Shown here one piece after another: positions 46,863-56,461 of a DNA stretch of 61,868 nt. A program made the position numbers and the translations under genes. The DNA is taken from the NCBI GenBank assembly GCA_041936745.1, contig JBHGWS010000135.1, forward strand, positions 1-61,868, written 5' to 3'. A model generated the notes under the pieces. The model made no database searches. It saw nothing but the letters and a program-made list of their open reading frames with translations, and had not been told where the DNA came from. Origin of the DNA: Candidatus Darwinibacter acetoxidans (GTDB taxonomy: Bacteria > Bacillota > Limnochordia > Darwinibacteriales > Darwinibacteriaceae). Position 1 is the stretch's first letter, and the number at the start of each line of letters is the position of its first letter.

Positions 46863-47414
46863 ATGCGCCGCTGCAAAACGTGGTGGAATTTATTTCAAGC
46901 CTTTTTCCGAATCGGCATTTTTGCCTTTGGCGGCGGCTTTGCCATGCTGCCTCTTATAGAAAGAGAAATCATCGACCGGCACGGCTGGGCGACCAAAGAT
47001 GAAATCATTAACATTTACGCCTTGGCCCAGGCGGTGCCCGGCGCCATTGGTGTAAACACGGCTATTTTTATCGGCGGCCGGCTCTATGGCGTGCCCGGTG
47101 CAGTAATTGCTCTTTTAGGTGTTGTAACCCCTTCGGTTTTAATTATTTTAATAATAGCACATTTTTTCGCGCAGTTCCAATCCAACGTTTATTTTGCCAG
47201 GGCGTTTAACGGCGTGCGCGGAGCAGTCGTCGGTTTGATTGCCGCAGCCGCCCTACGGATTAGCAGGAGTGCCGTGAAAGACAAGTTTGGGCTTTTTTTA
47301 GCCGCAGCTGCCTTAGTGCTCAGCGTTTTCGATCTCATACATGTTATTTGGATTATGCTTTTAGGGGGCCTGGCCGGCTCTTTCTATTATTATTTTAAGG
47401 GGCAGGGTTCGTGA
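46863..47414 (+). CDS. chrA: Short-chain CHR family transporter, subunit 1 (second pair)
   Basis: FGGGFAML and QAVPG motifs. Confidence 0.85.
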   Translation: MRRCKTWWNLFQAFFRIGIFAFGGGFAMLPLIEREIIDRHGWATKDEIINIYALAQAVPGAIGVNTAIFIGGRLYGVPGAVIALLGVVTPSVLIILIIAHFFAQFQSNVYFARAFNGVRGAVVGLIAAAALRISRSAVKDKFGLFLAAAALVLSVFDLIHVIWIMLLGGLAGSFYYYFKGQGS

Positions 47415-47947
47415 TCTTAAAACTATTTTTTGCCTTTTTCAAAATCGGCTTATTCACCATCGGCGGCGGCTATGCCATGCTGCCTTTAATCAGGCAGGAA
47501 ATCCTCCGCTATGGCTGGCTGACTCCTGAGGAGTTTGTTGATATAGTGGGCATTGCGGAAATGACGCCGGGGCCTATTGCCGTTAATGCGGCAACTTTCG
47601 TCGGCTACCGCTGTGTTGGCTTTTGGGGTGCTTTAACTGCCACCTTGGCGGTTGTTTTGCCCTCTTTTATCAGTGTGCTTGCGGTAAGTAAATTTTGGAT
47701 GCGTTATCAGGATAACCACAAGGTGCAGGGTTTTTTCGCCGGGGTTAGGCCGACTGTGGCGGGCCTGGTGGGTGCCGCTGCTTTATTATTAGGCCTGACT
47801 ACTTTTCAGGCAATCAACCCCGGCACTGTTGACACTGCTACTGCCTTAATTGCTGCCGGTGTGTTTGTGGGCATTTATTTTTTCAAACTTGACCCCATAA
47901 AAATTCTGGTGGCCAGTGCCGTCTTGGGATTAATTGTCTTTAAATAA
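47411..47947 (+). CDS. chrA: Short-chain CHR family transporter, subunit 2 (second pair)
   Basis: IGGGYAML and EMTPGPIAVNAATFVG motifs. Confidence 0.87.
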   Translation: MILKLFFAFFKIGLFTIGGGYAMLPLIRQEILRYGWLTPEEFVDIVGIAEMTPGPIAVNAATFVGYRCVGFWGALTATLAVVLPSFISVLAVSKFWMRYQDNHKVQGFFAGVRPTVAGLVGAAALLLGLTTFQAINPGTVDTATALIAAGVFVGIYFFKLDPIKILVASAVLGLIVFK

Positions 47948-48018
47948 ATAACTTTTTGTAAAATACCATGTTTACCCTTTTAGTTGCGGCTTAAGCGTGG
48001 TATACTTTTTACAGAGAA

Positions 48019-48036
48019 TATGACTGGGTGGTCATA
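48019..48036. promoter_or_regulatory. TetR-type operator palindrome
   Basis: TATGAC-TGGGTG-GTCATA, downstream of an extended -10 (TGGTATACT, 47998-48006) and abutting the tetR RBS. Confidence 0.65.
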
Positions 48037-48048
48037 AGGGGGTGCTTC

Positions 48049-48651
48049 ATGCCGAAAGAGACTTTTTTAAATCTTCCGCCTGAAAAAAGGGAGCTGATTG
48101 AGAAAAGGGCAATGGAGGAGTTCGCCCGCCTCCCATATGAGCAGGCATCGTTAAGCCGCATTGTCGACACCTGCGGTATTGCCAAAGGGAGCATGTACCA
48201 GTACTTTTCGGATAAACTGGCCCTCTATTTATACATCGTGGAACTGGCTTATGAGAAAAAACGCACCTATGTCAATAAAGCGTTTGCCGCCGAAGGGGGC
48301 ATGTTCAAGATTTTAGAGGAGTATTACCACCAGTCTTATTTGTTTTCTAGGGATTACCCCCTCATGCATAAGGTGGTGAACAATTTTTGGGAAAGCCGGG
48401 CGCAAAGGCTCCATTCTCAACTGTCTCGGGGGAAAATAGCCAGGGAACAGGATTTCCTTAAATTTCTCACCAAAGCGGTTGAGGAAGGGGAAGCGAATCC
48501 CAGTTTAAACCCGGCAGCGGTTTTCTTTGTTTACCATGCCGTGGGCAAAGACTTAATCGACCACTTCGGCGAGGAGATGAACGGCGAATTCGTTTCCCAA
48601 GTGTTGGATGTACTTAAGTTAGGCCTGCAAAGGCGAGAGGAGAAGCGGTAA
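48049..48651 (+). CDS. TetR/AcrR family transcriptional regulator
   Basis: TF.NLP.EKR, EEFA...YEQAS..RIV...GIAKGSMYQYF.DK HTH. Confidence 0.92.
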   Translation: MPKETFLNLPPEKRELIEKRAMEEFARLPYEQASLSRIVDTCGIAKGSMYQYFSDKLALYLYIVELAYEKKRTYVNKAFAAEGGMFKILEEYYHQSYLFSRDYPLMHKVVNNFWESRAQRLHSQLSRGKIAREQDFLKFLTKAVEEGEANPSLNPAAVFFVYHAVGKDLIDHFGEEMNGEFVSQVLDVLKLGLQRREEKR

Positions 48652-50126
48652 TGAGAAAAAATTACGCTCTGATTGTTTTGCTTGTGTTAGCAGCACTGTG
48701 GCCTGCCAAAAGCGGGTTGGCGCAGGTGATTAATATAGCGGTGCCGGCGGATCCGGACAGTTTCGATCCGACTAAAACCGTGGCTGCGGCCACCGGTGAA
48801 ATAGCTTTTAATATTTACGAAGGCTTAGTCAAAGCAACTCCCACAGGTGGGGTAGCGGGCGCCCTTGCCACGCATTGGGAGATAGATGAGGCCCAGACCC
48901 TTTATACTTTCTACTTACGGCAAGCACGCTTTCACGACGGAACTTTGCTTACTGAAAACGATGTGGTCAATGCATTGAATCGTGCCCGCGATCCAAATAT
49001 CGCAGCCCGGGCCGGCGAGCTTGCGGTAATCGAGTCTGTCACTGCCGGGGAAGGTTTTGTGAATATAAAATTGAAAGAGCCGCACGGCGCCTTTTTATAC
49101 ACCCTGACAGAGGTATTTGGTGCAGTTTATCCGGCCGGGGCGGAGAATTTGGCCAGGCAGCCTGTGGGCACGGGCCCTTATTACTTGGAGGAATGGCGGC
49201 CCAATCAGCATCTCAAACTGCGCCGTTTTGAGCAGCATTGGTCGGGAGTAAAACCTTACTTTGAGACGGCGGTCTTTCAAATTATCCCCAACGAAAACAG
49301 CATGGTCTTGAACTTAAAGGCGGGCCGGATAGATCTTATACCCCGCTTGGAAATCTCTGTTTTACACCAAGTTGAAAACGATCCTCTCCTGCGGGTGTTG
49401 TCCTCACCTATGAACCTGGTGCAGGTTTTAGCCGTGAACAACAAAAGGGAGCCTTTTGATGACCCTCGGGTGCGCAGGGCTTTAACTCTCGCTGTGGACC
49501 GCCAAGAGGTAATCGATGCCACGACCTGGGGCAGGGGCCAAATTTTACACAGCGGTATCAGCCCCGCCATGGCTGAGTTTTATAACACCGAATTAGCGGC
49601 AGTTAACCCCTACGATCCGAAAGAAGCGCAGGCCCTCTTAAAAGAGGCGGGCCGGGAGAATCTCCATTTTACTTTGGTGCTGCCGGCAAACTATCCTCTG
49701 CATGTGCAGACGGGCGAGTTAGTCGCCGAGCACTGGAAAGCGATAGGCATTAAGGTTGATCTGCAGATCGTGGAATGGGGCACTTGGCTGGAGCGGGTGT
49801 ACAGCCAGCGGGACTATGATGTCTCAATCATCGGCCTGGCGGGCAGGCTCGATCCGCATGCGATTTTAGTGCGTTACCAAAGCCAAAACAGCCGCAACTT
49901 TTTCAATTTCGCCAACAGCGAATACGATCAGCTGATAGAAGCGGGCCTGCAGGCGGAAGGGGAGGAGCGCACCGGGATTTACAAAGAGGCGCAGCGGATC
50001 TTAGCAGAAGAGGCCGCGGGCATCTTCATCATGGACCCGCCGCAGCTGGCGGTGATGGACCAACGAATTAACGGTTGGCAGTATTATCCCACCTATGTAG
50101 TCGATCTGGCGGGGTTATATAGATAA
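48651..50126 (+). CDS. Peptide/nickel ABC substrate-binding protein (family 5)
   Basis: IYEGLVK, LA..W, FHDGT, PVGTGPY, DPRVRRAL motifs; SPase I-type signal. Confidence 0.92.
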   Translation: MRKNYALIVLLVLAALWPAKSGLAQVINIAVPADPDSFDPTKTVAAATGEIAFNIYEGLVKATPTGGVAGALATHWEIDEAQTLYTFYLRQARFHDGTLLTENDVVNALNRARDPNIAARAGELAVIESVTAGEGFVNIKLKEPHGAFLYTLTEVFGAVYPAGAENLARQPVGTGPYYLEEWRPNQHLKLRRFEQHWSGVKPYFETAVFQIIPNENSMVLNLKAGRIDLIPRLEISVLHQVENDPLLRVLSSPMNLVQVLAVNNKREPFDDPRVRRALTLAVDRQEVIDATTWGRGQILHSGISPAMAEFYNTELAAVNPYDPKEAQALLKEAGRENLHFTLVLPANYPLHVQTGELVAEHWKAIGIKVDLQIVEWGTWLERVYSQRDYDVSIIGLAGRLDPHAILVRYQSQNSRNFFNFANSEYDQLIEAGLQAEGEERTGIYKEAQRILAEEAAGIFIMDPPQLAVMDQRINGWQYYPTYVVDLAGLYR

Positions 50127-50141
50127 GGGAGTTAGAAGCTA

Positions 50142-51062
50142 ATGGGGCTTTATTTCTGGCAGAAAAGTTTAAGCTTAGTTCTCACAGCAGTTTTAGTCAG
50201 CTTAGTTACCTTCATTATCCTGCAGGTACTGCCAGGGGATCCGGCTCTTTTGGTTTTGGGCACGGAGGCAAGCCCGCAGGCTTTGGCAAATTTACGGGCC
50301 GAGCTCAAATTGGATGAGCCGGCGCCGGCCCGCTACCTGCAGTGGCTGGCCTCGTTTTTTACGGGCAGCTGGGGCAATTCCCTCCGCTACAGTTTACCCG
50401 TTAGGGAACTTTTGGGGCAGGCTTTCCCGTTGTCTTTAGCTTTAGCTTTTTTGGCGGTGGCTGCGGCTTTGGCCGCGGCCATTCCCGGCGGTATTTATAT
50501 TTCGAGCGGGGCAAATCGCAGTTTACGGCGGTTTTTCTCTTTAACGGCGCAGTTAGGCATGGCTGTGCCCCAGTTTTGGCTGGGCGTGCTTTTGATCCGC
50601 ATCTTTGCCGTGCGCCTGCGCATCCTGCCGCCGGGCGGCGCTGATGGTTGGCTTAGTTTGGTTTTACCGGTGCTGACTTTAAGCCTGCCGCGGGCCGCTG
50701 TTTTAACGCGGCAGGTGCAGATCGGCGTTAGGGAGGCTTTAAAATCAGATTACATCAGGACTGCCAGGGCGAAAGGTTTACCCGAATCGGTTGTTTTTTA
50801 TAAACATGCTTTAGTTAACGGCGCCATCAGCGTTTTTACCATCGCCGGGGTACAGCTGGCGCAGCTTTTGGCGGGCACCGTCGTGGTGGAGCAGGTCTTT
50901 GGGCTGCCCGGTGTGGGCCAACTCCTTTTAACAGGGGTTATGCAGCGCGATCTGCCTTTAGTGCAGGCTTTGGTGATGATTATCGCTATTTTGATAATCC
51001 TGCTTAATTTTATCGCCGATTTACTGCTCGGCTTTTTGGATCCCAGAATACGCTATGAGTAG
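50142..51062 (+). CDS. Peptide/nickel ABC permease (DppB-like)
   Basis: LPGDPA, DYIRTARAKGL, VVVEQVFGLPG.G, DPRIR motifs. Confidence 0.93.
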   Translation: MGLYFWQKSLSLVLTAVLVSLVTFIILQVLPGDPALLVLGTEASPQALANLRAELKLDEPAPARYLQWLASFFTGSWGNSLRYSLPVRELLGQAFPLSLALAFLAVAAALAAAIPGGIYISSGANRSLRRFFSLTAQLGMAVPQFWLGVLLIRIFAVRLRILPPGGADGWLSLVLPVLTLSLPRAAVLTRQVQIGVREALKSDYIRTARAKGLPESVVFYKHALVNGAISVFTIAGVQLAQLLAGTVVVEQVFGLPGVGQLLLTGVMQRDLPLVQALVMIIAILIILLNFIADLLLGFLDPRIRYE

Positions 51063-51073
51063 GGAGATGCTTC

Positions 51074-51844
51074 ATGAACAAAAGACAGTGGGGAGTTTTG
51101 ATTGTAGGGGCCGTTTTAGCCGTGATTGCCGCGGGGTTTGTTTATACACCCTACGATCCTTCGCGCATCAGTATTGCCGACCGCCTGCAGGCACCGTCTC
51201 GGCAGCATCTGTTAGGCACTGATCTTTTCGGCAGGGATATTCTCAGCCGTATTTTAATAGGCGGCCGCATTTCATTGATGGTGGGCAGCGCGGCTGTTTT
51301 TTTGGGTGCGGTTGGCGGAATTTCCCTGGGCCTTTGGGCAGGCTTTAGAGGCGGTTTGTGGGATGAGCTATCCACCCGTACCGCCGACGGCTTATACGCC
51401 CTACCGGCAATACTGCTGGCCCTGCTTTTAGCGACCGTCTGGGGGCCGGGCATCCCTGTTGTCCTGTGGGCCGTTGCTTTGGGCAACGTGCCTATTTTTT
51501 TGCGCCTGACGCGCAATCACACCTTGAAGCTCAAACAGGAGCCCTATATCGATGCGGCAAGGGCGGTGGGCGCATCCGATGCGCGCTTGATGCTGTGCCA
51601 CATCCTGCCCAACCTGCAGGCCCCTTTATTGGTCCAGTTTTCCTTAAGTTTGGCAGGTGCCATCTTGGCGGAGGCCTCCTTAAGCTATTTAGGTGTGGGC
51701 ATCCAACCGCCTTACCCCAGCTGGGGCCGCATGCTGAAAGATGCTCAATCGTATGTTTATTTGGCCCCTTGGGCCGTGTATGCCCCGGGGATTTTAATAG
51801 CCTTGGCGGTCGTGGGCTTTAATTTTTTGGGAGATCCCGAATAA
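51074..51844 (+). CDS. Peptide/nickel ABC permease (DppC-like)
   Basis: LLGTD.FGRD.LSR, YIDAARAVGA, EASLSYLG, PSWG; ends early at NFLGDPE. Confidence 0.92.
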   Translation: MNKRQWGVLIVGAVLAVIAAGFVYTPYDPSRISIADRLQAPSRQHLLGTDLFGRDILSRILIGGRISLMVGSAAVFLGAVGGISLGLWAGFRGGLWDELSTRTADGLYALPAILLALLLATVWGPGIPVVLWAVALGNVPIFLRLTRNHTLKLKQEPYIDAARAVGASDARLMLCHILPNLQAPLLVQFSLSLAGAILAEASLSYLGVGIQPPYPSWGRMLKDAQSYVYLAPWAVYAPGILIALAVVGFNFLGDPE

Positions 51845-51908
51845 TAAGAGGTAAACGGAGGCGGAAAAGAGAAGTTTATACGAGCTGATTTTGCAAAGGG
51901 GGCAGATT

Positions 51909-52658
51909 ATGCTTCAACTGGCAGGTGTCTCTAAAAAATACAAAGGTGCTTCAAATTATGCGGTCCGTAATTTGGATCTCAATGTCAAAAGAGGTGAGAT
52001 CTTCGGCTTTTTAGGGCCCAACGGTGCCGGCAAAACTACCACCATCAAGATGATTGTCGGCCTTCTGGCGGCCGACTGCGGTGAAATTACCGTCAACGGC
52101 TTTAATGTAAAGGCCGATCCCATTGCTGCCAAACGGGCCTGCGGCTTTGTGCCGGATAACCCCAATCTCTATGCCCGGCTTTCGGGGATTGAATATTTGA
52201 ATTTTATCGGCGATGTCTTTGAAATTGAGCCCTCCGTGCGGCAGGAGCGGATTCAACATTATTTAAATATGTTTCAACTGCAGGAAGCGGTGGGGGATCT
52301 GATCCAAAGTTTCTCCCAAGGGATGCAGCAAAAGTTAGCTCTCACCGGTGCTCTGCTTCATTCACCCCCCCTGTTTATCTTGGATGAGCCCATGACCGGT
52401 TTGGACCCCCGCTCGGCGCATTTATTTAAAGAGGTGATGCACCGCCACGTTGCGGCAGGCAATACCGTGTTTTTCTCCACCCATATTTTGGAAGTGGCGG
52501 AAAGGCTCTGCGACAGGGTCGGGATTATCCACAAAGGCCGCCTGATCGCCTGTGGGACCATGGCGGAACTGAGGAGCCAAAGTTCGCAGGGCGAAGACGG
52601 CAGCCTGGAAAGGCTGTTCCTGGAACTGACCGAGGAGGGTGGGGTTTATGGGGGGTAA
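51909..52658 (+). CDS. ABC exporter ATP-binding protein (EcsA-like)
   Basis: GPNGAGKTT, FSQGMQQK, LDEP, STH motifs; ATG 51909. Confidence 0.92.
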   Translation: MLQLAGVSKKYKGASNYAVRNLDLNVKRGEIFGFLGPNGAGKTTTIKMIVGLLAADCGEITVNGFNVKADPIAAKRACGFVPDNPNLYARLSGIEYLNFIGDVFEIEPSVRQERIQHYLNMFQLQEAVGDLIQSFSQGMQQKLALTGALLHSPPLFILDEPMTGLDPRSAHLFKEVMHRHVAAGNTVFFSTHILEVAERLCDRVGIIHKGRLIACGTMAELRSQSSQGEDGSLERLFLELTEEGGVYGG

Positions 52659-54321
52659 ATTTTTCGCTTTGTACCGGTCTTTGCTTAACGTCCACTATGG
52701 TTGGTCGGCCAATAAATATTATTATTTTAAAAAAAGGCGCCGGATCTGGGAGCCGCTTTTACTGGCTTTCTTTTTAATACCGTTTTTGCTCACCGTGATG
52801 ATTGCCGCCTGGCGGCTGGCGGAAGATCTGTATCTGGGCGGTTTGGCTTTCGGCCAGCCCCATTTGGCGTTAGTTTACACCAGCCTCTTAGTTTCGCTTT
52901 TAGGCCTGTTTTACGGCTTTTTCTATGTAATCTCCGCCTTTTATTTTTCAACCGATCTGCCTGTTTTACTGCCCCTGCCACTCACAGCCGGCGAAATTCT
53001 CGGAGCCAAGCTGGGGGTTGTTTTAACCGGGCAGTATGTGGCAAACGCGCTAGTGCTTATCCCCGTTTGGCTGAAATACGGGCTTTTGGCTAAAACCGGC
53101 ATAAGCTTTCTTTTAAGCGCGGCCTTAGTCTTTTTCAGCCTGCCCATCATACCTTTAGTGATTGCCAGCCTGTTGAGTGTGCTTTTAATGCGGTTTGTCA
53201 ACTTAAGCAGGCATAAGGATAAGCTCAGCTTAATCGGGGGCTTTTTGTTGTTTGTGGTCGTCATAGGTTTCCAAGTCTGGCTCAGGACCCATCCGGAAGG
53301 CGATCCGGAAGCTTTATTAACTATAATGCTTGGGCAAGGCGACGGTTTGGTGCGCCTGATCGGGCGCTATTTCCCGCCCGCTTTGTGGGCGTCCCGGGCG
53401 ATGGGTTACTCCCATTTAGGCCGAGGCTGGCTGAATATGGCTTATCTCCTTGGGGCAAGTGCCGCGGCTTTAGGTGTTTTGTACCTAACGGCAAAAAGGG
53501 TTTTTATCCAAAGCCTGCTTGCGGGCCAGGAAGTCGATCGGGGCAAAAGGAAGCGCGTTTCTCTGGCGGCACGGGCGGTAAGGCCTGCTGTGTGGGCCTT
53601 AGCTTTAAACGAGATCAAACTGTTTATCCGCAACCCCGGTTACGCTTTAAACGGCCTTATAGGCTATCTGCTTTTTCCTTTTTTAGCCGTTTTGCCGCTC
53701 TTTACAAAAAACATGCCGCAAAATCCTTTGGACTTTTTGGCCGGGCAGCAGTTCCCGCCCCAAATAATAGTGGCGATTACAGCTTTGTTTTTCTTTCTGA
53801 TGACCGCCTTTTCCAGCATCCCGGCAACTACTTTTTCCCGGGAGGGAAGAAAACTGTGGGTTGTTAAGAGCTTGCCCCTTTCTATTCACCGGCTGATGGC
53901 AGGGAAGGTGTTGGGGGCCCAGATGATCAACTTTCTCGGCTGCTTTATAGGTTTACTGCCGCTTGCTTTCGTTTTTCGCTGGCCGCCCGCCGCCGTTTTA
54001 GGCGGTATAGCTTGTGGAATCCCTTTAGCGGCAGCCTCTTCTTACCTGCTGGCTCTTTTAGACTTATGGCGGCCCATGTTGGATTGGGTTAACCCCATTA
54101 AAGCGGTCAAATCCAACCTAAATGTCCTGATCGGCACATTTGCCGCTGTGTTTTTAGTCATCGGTTTGGGCATACGCTTCTATTTTAATTTCGTAGGCGG
54201 CCGCTTATGGCTGATTCCTCTGGAGCTTTTACTGCTAACAGCGGTTTTAATGACTGCTGCAGGTTTTCTGGCGAAGGCGTTTGCCGCGGAACTTTGGCGG
54301 CAAATAGAGGGGGGAAGTTAA
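52648..54321 (+). CDS. ABC-2 type exporter permease
   Basis: About 12 TM segments in two repeats; D..LL.LP....I..AK and SREG..LW..KSLP motifs. Confidence 0.85.
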   Translation: MGGKFFALYRSLLNVHYGWSANKYYYFKKRRRIWEPLLLAFFLIPFLLTVMIAAWRLAEDLYLGGLAFGQPHLALVYTSLLVSLLGLFYGFFYVISAFYFSTDLPVLLPLPLTAGEILGAKLGVVLTGQYVANALVLIPVWLKYGLLAKTGISFLLSAALVFFSLPIIPLVIASLLSVLLMRFVNLSRHKDKLSLIGGFLLFVVVIGFQVWLRTHPEGDPEALLTIMLGQGDGLVRLIGRYFPPALWASRAMGYSHLGRGWLNMAYLLGASAAALGVLYLTAKRVFIQSLLAGQEVDRGKRKRVSLAARAVRPAVWALALNEIKLFIRNPGYALNGLIGYLLFPFLAVLPLFTKNMPQNPLDFLAGQQFPPQIIVAITALFFFLMTAFSSIPATTFSREGRKLWVVKSLPLSIHRLMAGKVLGAQMINFLGCFIGLLPLAFVFRWPPAAVLGGIACGIPLAAASSYLLALLDLWRPMLDWVNPIKAVKSNLNVLIGTFAAVFLVIGLGIRFYFNFVGGRLWLIPLELLLLTAVLMTAAGFLAKAFAAELWRQIEGGS

Positions 54322-54324
54322 AAA

Positions 54325-55287
54325 ATGAGTAAATACAGACGCACGGAGTACCCACAGTGGTCCTGGTCTTTTTCCCGGCAGCAGATGTTTGAAGCCTGCC
54401 GGCGCCGCTACTATTACAACTATTACGCCTCCCATAACGGTTGGGAATTCGGCGCAGCCGAAGAGGCCGCCGCGGCCTACCGTTTAAAAAAGCTGACAAA
54501 TATCTATATGGTTTTAGGTGAGGCCGTACACCAGAGCGCTGAGCGCCTGATAGAAAAAGCGGCTGCGGGGGAGGAACTGCCCAATGCGGCAGAAGTTGAG
54601 GCTTCTTTGCGTAGGGAGCTGCGGCGGGTGTGGCTTGCTTCCCGCAATCAACGGCAGCTTTTTTTACAAAGGCCCGGCCGCCAGCCGATGCTGCACGAAT
54701 TTTATTACGGCGGCGGCCCCACAGAAGAGGCGGTGGCGCGCATTAACGAAAGGCTGCCCCTGGTCTCTGAAGCTTTAGTAAGCTCACCGCTTTGGCGGGA
54801 ATTAAAAACGCCCGCAAGCAGGGTGATCTCAGTTGAAAAATTTGATACATTTGATCTTGCGGGTACACCAGTTTACGCAGTGCCTGATTTAATCTATCAA
54901 GACGGCGCCGGCTTATGGGTAATTGCAGATTGGAAAAGCGGCGAGCAGGTAGAGGACAACCGGGCGCAGGTGGCTTTATACGCACTTTATGCTCATAAAA
55001 AGCACGGCGTGCCCGTGGAGCAAATTTTGGCCCGCTTGGAGTATTTAAGCTTGGGCGAATCTGTGGAGATGACTTTTTCCCAAACAGATTTAGAAGAAGT
55101 TAAAAAAGAAGCTCTGGCGGGCATGGCCCAAATGCAGAGCCTGCTGGGCGATAGGGAATTAAATGCGGCCCTGCCCAGAGAAAACTTTCCTTTAACCACT
55201 GCCCGTTGGCAGTGTGCCGGCTGCAATTTTTATGAACTCTGCGAAGAAGAATTGCAAGAAACGCCCCTAGAGCCCGAGGTCTCTTAG
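54325..55287 (+). CDS. PD-(D/E)xK nuclease (RecB/AddB/Cas4-like) with a four-Cys Fe-S signature
   Basis: SFS...F..CRRRY, H..AE, PDL...DWKSG, Q..LY, C-terminal C-x2-C-x5-C. Confidence 0.8.
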   Translation: MSKYRRTEYPQWSWSFSRQQMFEACRRRYYYNYYASHNGWEFGAAEEAAAAYRLKKLTNIYMVLGEAVHQSAERLIEKAAAGEELPNAAEVEASLRRELRRVWLASRNQRQLFLQRPGRQPMLHEFYYGGGPTEEAVARINERLPLVSEALVSSPLWRELKTPASRVISVEKFDTFDLAGTPVYAVPDLIYQDGAGLWVIADWKSGEQVEDNRAQVALYALYAHKKHGVPVEQILARLEYLSLGESVEMTFSQTDLEEVKKEALAGMAQMQSLLGDRELNAALPRENFPLTTARWQCAGCNFYELCEEELQETPLEPEVS

Positions 55288-55890
55288 GGGCCGGCGGTGG
55301 AAACTTCGGATATAGGCCTCGATTTCCAGCCAGTCTTTAACCCTGGGCAGGCTGGTAGGCCTGTCGCGATTGTGAGAGGCATGGAACAGCAGGGTGAAAA
55401 TCCCGCGGCCTGCAGCACTTTCCGCGTTTTCAAGATTGTCATCCACGAATAAATCTACGCCCAATTTCAAACACTTGGTCCCTTTGCAGTAAGATTTATC
55501 AGGCGGGCTCATCCATAAAGTGTCGTATGGTATCTCATGTTTTTTCAGCCATCTTTTTGTCAAAGCGCGGTGGCGCTCGTCTCGGGCCGTGATCAGGTGG
55601 ATTTTTGCACCAAAGCCCTGCAGTTTTTGGAGGACTCTGGCGCAGTGGGGGCGGGGGGCAACTGTTTTATAGACGGTTTCCAGCATTTCGCAAAAGAACC
55701 TTTCAGCTTCTTCGCCGGTTACATCGAAGGCTTCTTCGATGTAAAAAGAAGGTTTAACGATTGGCCTTTGAAAAAATTCCTCTGCCCGTAAAAGCCAAAT
55801 ATTGCTGCTGCCGTCATCGTCTGCGGTTAATACTCCGTCGATATCAAATCCGAAAGTTAAATTAGAAATAGTTTTCACTCCTTTAAGCAT
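55267..55890 (-). CDS. HAD-superfamily 5'(3')-deoxyribonucleotidase-like protein
   Basis: FDIDGVL, ITAR, K, FVDD HAD motifs; start uncertain. Confidence 0.8.
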   Translation of the reverse strand: MLKGVKTISNLTFGFDIDGVLTADDDGSSNIWLLRAEEFFQRPIVKPSFYIEEAFDVTGEEAERFFCEMLETVYKTVAPRPHCARVLQKLQGFGAKIHLITARDERHRALTKRWLKKHEIPYDTLWMSPPDKSYCKGTKCLKLGVDLFVDDNLENAESAAGRGIFTLLFHASHNRDRPTSLPRVKDWLEIEAYIRSFHRRPLRDLGL

Positions 55891-56380
55891 TCACCTTGGG
55901 CGGGAGCTGGGCGCCTTCCAGTTCTAAAAGCAGGCGTTTGCGGTTTAAACCGCCGCCGTAGCCCCCAAACCAGTTGGTCCCCAACACTCGGTGGCAGGGG
56001 ACGATGATGCTGATGGGGTTGGCCCCCACGGCTTGGCCCACCGCCTGAAACGCTTTTGTGTTTAAGGCTTCGCCGATGTGCTTATAAGTAGTAAATTGGC
56101 CCTGGGGTATTTTTTGAATTTCCCTCCAAACTGCTTGTTGAAAAGGTGTGCCAATTAACTTGATTGGCCAAGCCCAAGCAATTTTGCGGCCTTGAAAATA
56201 GTGGTTTAGATCTTCAGTGTAAGCGGGGGTAAGCTCAGTTTCCCTTGCTTTGGCTTGGGGAAAATGCCGCCGCAGCCATTTTGTGCCCGACTCTTTAGAA
56301 AAAGAGGCATAAATGAGGCTGCCCTGTAAAAACCAAAAGTTGAGGGTGCCTAAAGGCGATTGATATTGCGATAGTTTCAC
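55883..56380 (-). CDS. ogt: Methylated-DNA--protein-cysteine methyltransferase
   Basis: GTPFQQAVW, AVG.NP..I.VPCHRV active site. Confidence 0.93.
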   Translation of the reverse strand: MKLSQYQSPLGTLNFWFLQGSLIYASFSKESGTKWLRRHFPQAKARETELTPAYTEDLNHYFQGRKIAWAWPIKLIGTPFQQAVWREIQKIPQGQFTTYKHIGEALNTKAFQAVGQAVGANPISIIVPCHRVLGTNWFGGYGGGLNRKRLLLELEGAQLPPKVNA

Positions 56381-56461
56381 AAAACAGCTCTCCTTCAGTG
56401 TATAATAATAGAATAGTTCGCAGTAATTTTCATTTATCCTTCCTAAGAAAGGTGTGAGGTA

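Noticed and set aside
54325-55287. cas4 of a CRISPR-Cas system
   Set aside because: No direct-repeat array, cas1, cas2 or effector genes anywhere in the window.
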